Source of the DNA: a virus
Lineage: Duplodnaviria; Caudoviricetes
Virus record (IMG/VR): IMGVR_UViG_3300030372_003954
Span: 7,211 to 71,210 of that record
Strand: one strand, 5' to 3'
Length of the DNA stretch: 64,000 nucleotides
Shown here: positions 37,616-44,729 of the stretch, piece after piece
How the letters are laid out: every line of letters begins with the position of its first letter
Numbering within the stretch: position 1 is the stretch's first letter
Translations under genes and position numbers: made by a program
Notes under the pieces: generated by a model
What the model was told of the DNA's origin: nothing
The model's input: the letters and a program-made list of their open reading frames with translations, nothing else
The model's database searches: none

Positions 37616-37789
37616 GGTGGTTGCCTCTCGGTGTTGTTGTTGTGTCGGTAGCTTTGTGCTTCCTGTTTTAGAAGACGCCGCCAGTCGGTCTTGGCGGACA
37701 GAAAAAGTTTATTTTATTTTCGGCAGGCTCTCAGTCCCTCATTGACAGCACCGTTGTTAGCAGTGCGACAGCAATGAAAGCATAGGCCA

Positions 37790-38155
37790 TCACGTCCCAA
37801 ACCGGGTGGGCTTGGCTTTCCAAGGGGGTCTCTATCATTTGGTATTGGATCTTATTCATTGACCATTGGATCTTTATATTATAATTATAATTTAATTATC
37901 TACTAATAGCTTTTGAGAGTAGAGGGGGGTCTGGGGGGAGAAGAGAACTTTAGATTTCGTTCCGCCTCTCCCTTTGGACGTTGACCAAACAGGAACCGAA
38001 TGATTCCAGCCGGTTGGCCGCCGACCTTGGGACGCTTGGTTTGTTGATGGGACGCTGACCGCATCACGTTGGGACGTTTTGTTTTCAACATCATAAGGAT
38101 TCCAACTGTTTGCGTTTGTCTTTTGGGACGCTCTCACCTTTACGTTGGGACGCTT
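37790..38155. repeat. Putative replication origin: iterons plus AT-rich unwinding tract
   Basis: TGGGACG at 38028, 38048, 38070, 38124, 38146; variant at 37974; inverted copy at 37793; 27 consecutive A/T at 37873-37899. Confidence 0.7.
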
Positions 38156-38222
38156 TGTTTTCCTTCAGCCAGTGAGCCAGTGCCCTGGCTACGATTTGCT
38201 CAAGTGGTGATGGCTTAGTCAT
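38091..38222 (-). CDS. Possible 43-aa protein running into the iteron array
   Basis: GGAGGTGAG RBS; ATGA overlap. Confidence 0.45.
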   Translation of the reverse strand: MTKPSPLEQIVARALAHWLKENKASQRKGESVPKDKRKQLESL

Positions 38223-38389
38223 TCCTCACCTCCAACCTGCATGTCGTGGATGTCGATGATTTCTGTTTCGGTAATCTGCTCGTGAGCAAACGAATAGTCT
38301 GCCTCACTGACGATTTCCTGCACAGAATCCTCACTCTGTCCTGGCTTCAGGTTTAGTTTGACCAGGACGTAAACGTAGTTGTCTTTCAT
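38219..38389 (-). CDS. Small acidic protein (56 aa)
   Basis: GGAGGTGAGG RBS; MKDNYVYVLVKLNL...; missed by the ORF track. Confidence 0.65.
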   Translation of the reverse strand: MKDNYVYVLVKLNLKPGQSEDSVQEIVSEADYSFAHEQITETEIIDIHDMQVGGEE

Positions 38390-38730
38390 TCCTCACCTCC
38401 TTCGGCTGACAAGAAGTGCGGCAGTCGGTATGAATGAGTGACGAACCAGGCTGTGTCGTGGTTGGTCCATCCTTTGAGGAAGGCCTTACCCCACAGCATG
38501 AGGGCGGCCTGGTCTGAGTCCACGTTGTGGACCACTTCAAACCTGGCCACGGGGCTTGGCTCTCCATCGACAGGCCACGTCGTGTAGCATTGTTGCAGTT
38601 GCTCGCACCCGATTTGGTCGGGCAGGTTCTCAAGCTCTGCGATGTAAAGGTAGGACACCTTGTCTACCCACTCGCTTGGCGCGTTCTCTTGTCGCAGTCC
38701 AACGCCGCCGGTTCCTTTGTATCTTGTCAT
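38386..38730 (-). CDS. Hypothetical protein
   Basis: GAGGCAACC RBS. Confidence 0.7.
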   Translation of the reverse strand: MTRYKGTGGVGLRQENAPSEWVDKVSYLYIAELENLPDQIGCEQLQQCYTTWPVDGEPSPVARFEVVHNVDSDQAALMLWGKAFLKGWTNHDTAWFVTHSYRLPHFLSAEGGEE

Positions 38731-38754
38731 GGTTGCCTCGTTGTTGTTGTTAGT

Positions 38755-38928
38755 GGTGGGGGTAGTGAGAGTTAGCTTTCACCGGCTTTCGCCTCCGGCA
38801 TGCCCTCTTACGACGCTACCCGCGCCGACCTCTCACGAGGTCCGGGGTTGTATTTTGCCGCAGCTACTCGGCTTCTTCATCAGGGCACCACCCTGATTAG
38901 CCGGGGCGCTATCCCGGCGCGGATTGTT
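38755..38928 (-). ncRNA. Structured intergenic RNA with hammerhead-like core nucleotides
   Basis: CCGCGCCG/CGGCGCGG helix, AUCAGGG/CCCUGAU hairpin, GACCUC-GUGA-GAGGUC, GGC-GAAA-GCC, CUGAUGA. Confidence 0.5.
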
Positions 38929-39471
38929 TCAGTCAAGCCGACATGGCATGACCACTGCACTCACGAGCCTCTCCATGTTCTCGACAAGGATTGGTCCGAG
39001 TGGATCGGTTGGCTTCTGCTTGATGGTGATGGGTCCGGTGCCCACCCACTTGAGTGCAGCGTTGAGCAGTACAGCGTTCACGCCACACTTCTCATGGTCC
39101 AGCACATGAAGATCCCAGCAGTGTTGTTTGATGGTTTCAGGGTTGATGCCTACTGTCTGCTTTTCCCATGAGGGTCCAGCAGCCGAGTGGACATCGGCTG
39201 TGGTGTCAAGCCATTCATCGTGGCGCTCGCTTCCAATCACGTCGAGTGCAATCTGACCGTTGGTCACTGCAATGCGAGGTGCATTGAATCCTTTGGCAAG
39301 CATCAGTCCTCCGATGGCTGTGCCGTTGAAGGTGAATCGCTTCAGGCCCAGGTCCCTGGGTTCCCAAATCTTTCCGCTTTCCCGCTGAACGATAAGCTCC
39401 TCGGCTGCTTGTCGGAATGCTCGGGCCATTGCGGTCCCGGCTCGGTTGATTTTTTGATTGTGGTTGAACAT
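38929..39471 (-). CDS. Early protein with a beta-clamp-like C-terminal motif
   Basis: NAVLLNAAL...ITI...DPLGPI...AVVMPCR; start after GAGAGGCAACC. Confidence 0.55.
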   Translation of the reverse strand: MFNHNQKINRAGTAMARAFRQAAEELIVQRESGKIWEPRDLGLKRFTFNGTAIGGLMLAKGFNAPRIAVTNGQIALDVIGSERHDEWLDTTADVHSAAGPSWEKQTVGINPETIKQHCWDLHVLDHEKCGVNAVLLNAALKWVGTGPITIKQKPTDPLGPILVENMERLVSAVVMPCRLD

Positions 39472-39522
39472 GGTTGCCTCTCTTGTTGGGGGTTGAATGC
39501 CCATTGCTGGGCGTGGTCTCGT

Positions 39523-39587
39523 GTCTAAGCCAGGGTTGGAGTGAGAGCAGGGTCAAGCCCTACCCTCACCCCTGGCCGCCGTTAGAC
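39523..39587 (-). other. Rod-like hairpin, RNase III-site candidate
   Basis: GUCUAA/UUAGAC, GCCAGGG/CCCUGGC, GUGAG/CUCAC, GUAGGG/CCCUGC; 5-nt loop. Confidence 0.55.
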
Positions 39588-39980
39588 GGCCTTCTCCGCG
39601 CTTTCCCTGACAGCCGACACGGGATGTCGGTATGCTTTGAGTTCTTCTATCTCTTCATCGTCAAGCTCCGTGATGCATTCATCACAGATGCAGGTCACTT
39701 GCTCGTTGGGTCGTCCACGTCTGACATTTTCCACAGACAGGGCGACGTACTCGAACCACACTTTGGTGCCGCATGAGTCGCAGACTACGCCGCAGTCGTC
39801 GCAGATGTATGACCAGTCGGCACCTGGAGTGTACGTTGAGGGCTTGCTGTCGCTGATTTCCTCCTCGGTTAGGTGCTTGTCACACTCCTCGCACCGGGGG
39901 TGATCCTCGGGCCAGGGTCGTTCGTATGCGTCAGCGAATCGAGCCCAGGTGTATTCGTCGCAGTAGTCTCGCTCCATCAT
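39582..39980 (-). CDS. Zinc-finger protein
   Basis: CEEC, ICDDC..VCDSC, CICDEC; GGAGGCAACC RBS. Confidence 0.7.
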   Translation of the reverse strand: MMERDYCDEYTWARFADAYERPWPEDHPRCEECDKHLTEEEISDSKPSTYTPGADWSYICDDCGVVCDSCGTKVWFEYVALSVENVRRGRPNEQVTCICDECITELDDEEIEELKAYRHPVSAVRESAEKAV

Positions 39981-40033
39981 GGTTGCCTCCAGTGTTGGCT
40001 GTTTGTTTATACTGTCGCAGTGTGACTATGTCT

Positions 40034-40049
40034 TGTCACGAAATGTCAC
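40034..40049. promoter_or_regulatory. TGTCAC-N4-TGTCAC box
   Basis: TGTCACgaaaTGTCAC in the intergenic gap. Confidence 0.7.
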
Positions 40050-40052
40050 GGG

Positions 40053-40466
40053 TCAGTAGCCCATGGCTTGAGCATACTGGTCGTAGTGCTCGCGGGATTC
40101 CTCCTCCCACTCCGGCCAGCCTGGGTCGTCTTCAAACTGCTGTTCACAGTATGCGACTTTTCTGACGTTGCCTTTCCAGTCAACCTCCTCGTCTTCCACC
40201 CAGGTCTCACCGACGAGACGTCGGCAGGTCCTCGCTTTTATCTTGGACCAGGGGCAGAACTGCACACTCTGCGAACCAATGTCGCCGTCGCAGTCCCTTC
40301 CCCAGGTAGACCAGGTCCGGGTGATGCCTTGCTCGCATGCTTCCCATGACACATGCTGCGCGTCGTATCCCTCCTCGCTTGGCTCCCATTTACGGTGTTC
40401 GAGGATTTCCCCCGGCTCGATGTCGAGGACAACGTCTCCCCCGTTGATGTATTCTCTGAATCTCAT
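40053..40466 (-). CDS. Acidic hypothetical protein
   Basis: Start trimmed to MRFREYING via ATGA overlap. Confidence 0.65.
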   Translation of the reverse strand: MRFREYINGGDVVLDIEPGEILEHRKWEPSEEGYDAQHVSWEACEQGITRTWSTWGRDCDGDIGSQSVQFCPWSKIKARTCRRLVGETWVEDEEVDWKGNVRKVAYCEQQFEDDPGWPEWEEESREHYDQYAQAMGY

Positions 40467-40573
40467 TGGTTCCTTCTTGTGGTTGGGCATTGCTTGCATG
40501 CTTTGCCGTTGTCGAGGTGGCCCCAGTCGCCGCAGTGTTTGCACCGGGGTTTGTTTAGTGGTTGGCGTTTCAT
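40463..40573 (-). CDS. 36-aa zinc-ribbon microprotein (CKHC...CKQC)
   Basis: GAGGGGTGA RBS; stop overlaps the next start. Confidence 0.6.
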   Translation of the reverse strand: MKRQPLNKPRCKHCGDWGHLDNGKACKQCPTTRRNQ

Positions 40574-40578
40574 TGGTT

Positions 40579-40689
40579 TCACCCCTCTTCTTCTTCGTCT
40601 TCACATGAGGGACACGGGCTATCGTGTGCATCTTTGAAATACTCACCATGCTTTTCGCACTGTCCAATGCCGATGCCTTTGTCTGCCAT
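40579..40689 (-). CDS. 36-aa zinc-ribbon microprotein (CEKH...CPSC)
   Basis: GGAGGTGAG-TGATG coupling. Confidence 0.65.
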   Translation of the reverse strand: MADKGIGIGQCEKHGEYFKDAHDSPCPSCEDEEEEG

Positions 40690-40958
40690 CACTCACCTCC
40701 TTCAATGATTCGAGGATCGGGATCTGACCTAACCGCCATCTCCAATCGCGAGGTCGTTGCCTCTGCCACCCGAACCTCAACCGCTTCCCCCTCCATCATC
40801 TGGACGTAAAGGTCTGCCATCTTGGCAGCGTGGATGATATGGCGACGTGCATCCTCTACCCCCTCTCGGGTCAGGTGTGGGAGAAGGTTCAGTAGCTCGC
40901 GCACTGAGTCCTCCCAGGTCATGGATACGTCGATGTAGCGTGTGTTTTCTTCACTCAT
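40689..40958 (-). CDS. Hypothetical protein
   Basis: GAGGCAACC RBS. Confidence 0.7.
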   Translation of the reverse strand: MSEENTRYIDVSMTWEDSVRELLNLLPHLTREGVEDARRHIIHAAKMADLYVQMMEGEAVEVRVAEATTSRLEMAVRSDPDPRIIEGGE

Positions 40959-40974
40959 GGTTGCCTCGCTTAGG

Positions 40975-41283
40975 TTAGCCAGCGTTGAAGCTGGCAAGGA
41001 TTACAGGGTCTTCGGGTGTGGAGTCAGCGACTCCGATCTTGGTCACCTCAAGTTGTTCCGGGTCGTCAACCCAGCACCGGCTCGGGCCGCATGGTTCAGT
41101 GCTCCCGTCGTGGTAGACAAACACCCAAGTGGTGTGGCCCAAGCGGTCATCCCACCTGTGGTAGGGGCCGGGGTAGGTGTAGCGGGCTTCGAGTTCATCG
41201 GTCGCAATGACGACGAACGAATCGTATGAATCGTAGCCACCGGGGTCGGTCCTTTTCACGAGGTAGATATTCTTGCTGCTCAT
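40975..41283 (-). CDS. Hypothetical phage protein
   Basis: YDSYDSFVVIATDELEAR...; KIGVA...VILASFNAG; GAGGCAACC RBS. Confidence 0.75.
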   Translation of the reverse strand: MSSKNIYLVKRTDPGGYDSYDSFVVIATDELEARYTYPGPYHRWDDRLGHTTWVFVYHDGSTEPCGPSRCWVDDPEQLEVTKIGVADSTPEDPVILASFNAG

Positions 41284-41298
41284 GGTTGCCTCGGGTTG

Positions 41299-41382
41299 CG
41301 GATCCTATTAGATCCTATTTACTCTCTACTCAATAAAGGATCTATATGGTGTTTGTGTACGTACATATAGATCCTTGGATCA
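41299..41382. other. GATC-dense AT-rich spacer
   Basis: GATC at 41301, 41311, 41339, 41370, 41378; GATCCTATT direct repeat. Confidence 0.5.
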
Positions 41383-41395
41383 ATAGAGACTAAGC

Positions 41396-41452
41396 TCAGG
41401 TAAGGGTTAGGGGTAGCGTCAGTGCATAGAGCACACTTAGTGCGATTGCCAT
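41396..41452 (-). CDS. 18-aa hydrophobic peptide MAIALSVLYALTLPLTLT
   Basis: Preceded by the consensus GGAGGCAACCT RBS. Confidence 0.45.
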   Translation of the reverse strand: MAIALSVLYALTLPLTLT

Positions 41453-41470
41453 AGGTTGCCTCCGATGGGG

Positions 41471-41683
41471 TTAGTGGTTGTCGGTTGTGTTGAGTCGATA
41501 TGCGGCATAGGCTGACAGTGCAGCCCAGCAGGCAAAGGCCAGGTCACAGCGTGGACCCCAGTTTTTTGCCCATGGCATGCCGGGGTCAATCCAGACATTG
41601 ATGGACATGATCACGATGACGGGGAAAAACGCCATGCCGACGTAGAATGCGCTAAACCTTGCACAGGTCAAGAGTTTGTTCAC
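41471..41683 (-). CDS. Small membrane protein with two hydrophobic segments
   Basis: GTG start after GAGGCAACC; FYVGMAFFPVIVIMSINVWI and LAFACWAALSAYAAY. Confidence 0.65.
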   Translation of the reverse strand: MNKLLTCARFSAFYVGMAFFPVIVIMSINVWIDPGMPWAKNWGPRCDLAFACWAALSAYAAYRLNTTDNH

Positions 41684-41757
41684 GGTTGCCTCACTTGTAT
41701 TCGGGAACCCCACCACCCCTGCGGGCAGTGGACGCACAGGGCCTAATCCCACCCTGC

Positions 41758-41943
41758 CTACTGGTTGCGTGCGATGTAAGCCTCCTTCACGCGGGTGAAC
41801 ACACCCTTGGTTCGGTCGCTCGTGAACCACTCCGGGCCGTAGACCTCGCGCATTGCTGCACGCACGTCTTTCTTGACCTGCTTGGGGCTGGAAGCTACGG
41901 GGAGGGCTTTGACGATCTTACGGACTTGTTCTGCTTTAGACAT
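41758..41943 (-). CDS. Small basic helical protein
   Basis: AGGAG RBS; 61 aa. Confidence 0.7.
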   Translation of the reverse strand: MSKAEQVRKIVKALPVASSPKQVKKDVRAAMREVYGPEWFTSDRTKGVFTRVKEAYIARNQ

Positions 41944-41953
41944 GGATGTCTCC

Positions 41954-41986
41954 TATGGATAACTATATGGATTGTTTATGGATAAC
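41954..41986. repeat. TATGGAT(AAC) x3, DnaA-box-like (TTATCCATA)
   Basis: Copies at 41954, 41966, 41977. Confidence 0.4.
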
Positions 41987-42002
41987 TTGGGCGGGTTGTG
42001 TA

Positions 42003-42182
42003 TTAGCTGCGGATGAAGAGGTTGGTTGCGGGGTCATGCGTGAAGCCCTCGTCTACCAGGAAAGACTCCGCTTGCGTGCCTGTGTCGAATGACTCGCCCA
42101 CGCCGTGATGCGTGTCGGCATTGATAATGTGGAACAGGCCCTCGGTTTCGAGGATGTCAACGATTTTGATGAAAGTTGCCAT
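42003..42182 (-). CDS. Hypothetical protein (59 aa, MATFIKIVDILETEG...)
   Basis: AAGGA RBS; first ORF after the structured leader; missed by the ORF track. Confidence 0.65.
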   Translation of the reverse strand: MATFIKIVDILETEGLFHIINADTHHGVGESFDTGTQAESFLVDEGFTHDPATNLFIRS

Positions 42183-42258
42183 GATTGTCGGTCCTTTGTC
42201 AGGGGTTGTTGGCTGTCAGGCCGGAACAATCCACGCGCGGAATGCCCGTGCATTGATT

Positions 42259-42900
42259 AGGCCCGTCAGAACCCCCCACGAATGGGGGGCCTGATGGTTT
42301 GCCTCCTTTGTTAGGTTGTCCCCCCCACGGTCTCTCAGGGTGCCAGACCGGCGCGTGGCCTACTCGGACTTGGCGCGGGTCGCCCGTCATCGGGGCGTGG
42401 GGGTCGTTCACTGCTACACGTCCAGGCTATTCGGGGGTCTTGGCAAGATCGCTCGCCCCACGGATCGGTCTCTTGCTTGCGGTTCCTTGGCGCGGGGTCC
42501 CCTTGCAGGCACCCACCCTCGCTACTTGGCAAGCTCAACTTCAGTCCACCTACGTCCCCCCGCTAAGGGGGCTCCCCTGTTGATCCAGGGGGTGGGCTTT
42601 CACTCCTAACTCAGTCCGGTCTCCCCGCTCGAAAGCGGCACCCGGCTTGACGTGTCCAGATTCTATGTGGTGATGTCAAAGATCGTTCCTATCCTCCCCC
42701 GGTGGGGGCCTGGTTTGCCGCGTTTGAATGCGATCCCCCCAGGTCTGGGGCCCTATCCCAAGCACTGAACCTATAGAAAGGGGTGCCGCCTGGTAGGCTA
42801 CCTGTCCTGCGCCTCTCATTAGAGGTGGGGAACCGGCTGGGGTGTGGGTCATGTAGATAGTTGAAAGAGCGTTTGCCGTTGGGGTGTTTCCCTCCTGGCC
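42259..42900 (-). ncRNA. Candidate large (~640 nt) highly structured ncRNA
   Basis: No credible ORF; nested long-range helices and many hairpins; upstream sigma70-like promoter; terminal UUCG hairpin. Confidence 0.6.
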
Positions 42901-42905
42901 CTGAC

Positions 42906-42934
42906 AATGTAAACCAGGTGATTACACTTGCAAA
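42906..42934 (-). promoter_or_regulatory. Sigma70-like promoter
   Basis: TTTGCA-17 bp-TACATT (or TTGCAA-16 bp-TACATT) on the minus strand. Confidence 0.55.
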
Positions 42935-43230
42935 CCGATGGACGGGAAGCCTGTTTGAATGAAACCTCAATAAAAACAAGGGTTTACAGCTATTCGATAG
43001 ACTGCGGGCATGGGGTGTTTCTAAATGGTTGGAATCATTGAATAAACAAAAGCAAAATAAAATGCATTTTTATTTGATGTTTTTGGGGGGTCAGGCTCCC
43101 TGTCCATCGTTTTTTATTTTTCTTGCTGTATTCGTGTTGCTTACATTGGTGGGGCTTGTTACTTGATATTCAAGACAACCGATTGACCACCAACCCCAAC
43201 CCAGGACCGACCGAATGGAGCAGCAAAAAT

Positions 43231-43420
43231 GAAGGGCCCCCGATAGAGGGGGGGGACCTGTAGAGATAGAGAGCCCCCAATAGAGGAGGGGGGCCATTGA
43301 CGGGGACCGACCCCGATCGCTTTCCCGCGCACCGCCGCCCCGGTGGGGGGGGTGGGGTGGTCTGTCTGGGCCCCATGGGGGGGGAGGGGTAGCCAGAAAT
43401 GTGAAGGCCGAGTGGTGGGG
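43231..43420. other. G-run-rich non-coding segment, possible genome terminus or packaging signal
   Basis: Several G4-G8 runs; GCCCCC(G/A)ATAGAGG direct repeat at 43236 and 43273. Confidence 0.4.
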
Positions 43421-43475
43421 GGGGTAACCCAAAATGATGAAGGATATAGAGGAGTAGCAGAGAGAGAAGAGAGAG

Positions 43476-44348
43476 TTATGAGCGGTGACGCATCGCACTC
43501 ATCAGTTCAAGCCACTCAGGCATCTTCACCAGCTTCAAACCACCATCGAGTATCGGCAAAGGCTCTGGAGAGTAATGAGCGTGCGTAATCGTCGACACCC
43601 AAGCAATAGGACCATTGCTTCTACGCTTAGGCTTCTGTAGACGCCTTCTGAGCGAGAAGTTTAGCGGACCCCAAGCAGGACAGTTTGTATGCCAAGGATG
43701 AGCCATTCTGCCGATTGTTCCACCATGCTTTACCAGCCAGTCGCGACCAATTGCATTGCGGACGCTGTCTCTGCTTACACACCAAGCTCCTGTGTGCCTT
43801 TTGTTGGACTTATCCATAAGGTTATCCATACCTCTCCAATATCTACAAGTAGAGCAGTTCTTGCCTTGCAGACGGTTGGAGTCGAGCGTGTCTAACGGGT
43901 CATTGGACGAGATTTGCCACCATACGACACCAATAGAGCGCCAACGACACTTCTTAGCTTGCCTTGGACGCAAACCAGCAGCCCATCGACGAACGTCGTA
44001 GGCACGCTCTTTGTCGCCAAGCTTGACCATGACACGCACCAAAGGTCCGACAATCTTCTCAACGTAGCGCTCTTTAGACAAAGTCATCGGTGGTGCAGTG
44101 ATGATTCTGCGTGCATTGACGACCTCATAGACCTCAAGGCCAAACTGTTGAGCGAGTTTAGCGTCAGGCCACATACCAAGAACAGAGACGAAGTCCTTCG
44201 TCCCTGCTTTGGTCTCAAGCTCATCTAAGAACTTGTGAATGACATCGTGGTGGTCAGCACAGACCCAGTCAACATAAGGTCTGTCGTGTCGAGTCCTTTG
44301 GTTAGCGAACTCTTTTGCCCACTTACGAATCTTCAGGCGCTTCTTCAT
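43476..44348 (-). CDS. Hypothetical basic protein with CxxC
   Basis: 290-aa ORF; CSTCRYW...WC...CPAW. Confidence 0.65.
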   Translation of the reverse strand: MKKRLKIRKWAKEFANQRTRHDRPYVDWVCADHHDVIHKFLDELETKAGTKDFVSVLGMWPDAKLAQQFGLEVYEVVNARRIITAPPMTLSKERYVEKIVGPLVRVMVKLGDKERAYDVRRWAAGLRPRQAKKCRWRSIGVVWWQISSNDPLDTLDSNRLQGKNCSTCRYWRGMDNLMDKSNKRHTGAWCVSRDSVRNAIGRDWLVKHGGTIGRMAHPWHTNCPAWGPLNFSLRRRLQKPKRRSNGPIAWVSTITHAHYSPEPLPILDGGLKLVKMPEWLELMSAMRHRS

Positions 44349-44502
44349 CGAAGACCTGCTTTACTCTCACCTCAACAACAACTCTGTTTGCTTGAGGGTG
44401 ATCGATAAGAACAAGAGAATCACGAAGTCTAACGAGTAGCTCATCTGAGATGTCGGTCATATGCTTGACCGTTTTCGCCGCTGTTCGAACAATCGTAGCC
44501 AT
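44323..44502 (-). CDS. Hypothetical protein (59 aa)
   Basis: TGATG coupling to the upstream gene. Confidence 0.55.
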   Translation of the reverse strand: MATIVRTAAKTVKHMTDISDELLVRLRDSLVLIDHPQANRVVVEVRVKQVFDEEAPEDS

Positions 44503-44729
44503 CAGACTTGGTATCCCTCTTCTGGAACACTTGCTTGGAGCCAAGACATCGTTGCCTGGACCATGCGAAGCTCAAGACTGACTTCCAGCGCTTCCAGTGC
44601 CTCAAGCACGGTTTCGCCTTCAGCGACCACTTCATTGTCCTCAAGGAGTGCAAACGTACCGTCGTCACGCTCTTGCAGGAAAAAACCTTCAGCGAGATGC
44701 ACCATCTCGTTAGTTACTTCTTCTTTCAT
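44502..44729 (-). CDS. Small acidic protein
   Basis: V.AEGETVLEALEAL; ATGA coupling. Confidence 0.65.
   Translation of the reverse strand: MKEEVTNEMVHLAEGFFLQERDDGTFALLEDNEVVAEGETVLEALEALEVSLELRMVQATMSWLQASVPEEGYQV

Noticed and set aside
37892-38137. 81-aa ORF ending SPQTPL as a replication-protein remnant
   Set aside because: GTG start without RBS; translation is dictated by the iterons; treated as origin DNA, though a decayed initiator cannot be excluded
42255-42310. c-di-GMP-I riboswitch resemblance (GGCAAACCAU ... GGCCUAA)
   Set aside because: The GAAA tetraloop stem and GACGCAAAG segment are missing; the middle forms a UUCG hairpin instead
42259-42900. tmRNA, RNase P RNA, SRP RNA or group I/II intron as the identity of the structured region
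   Set aside because: No tRNA-like ends, no GAGGAAAGUCC, no SRP loop, no recognisable P7 or domain V core
42199-43588. Track ORFs across the non-coding region (e.g. 42299..42583, 42689..42979, 43091..43498)
   Set aside because: P/G/R-rich translations of GC hairpins and G runs, no RBS, overlapping on both strands
43810-43830. TTATCCATA x2, DnaA-box-like
   Set aside because: Inside a coding region (MDNLMDK) and explainable by codons
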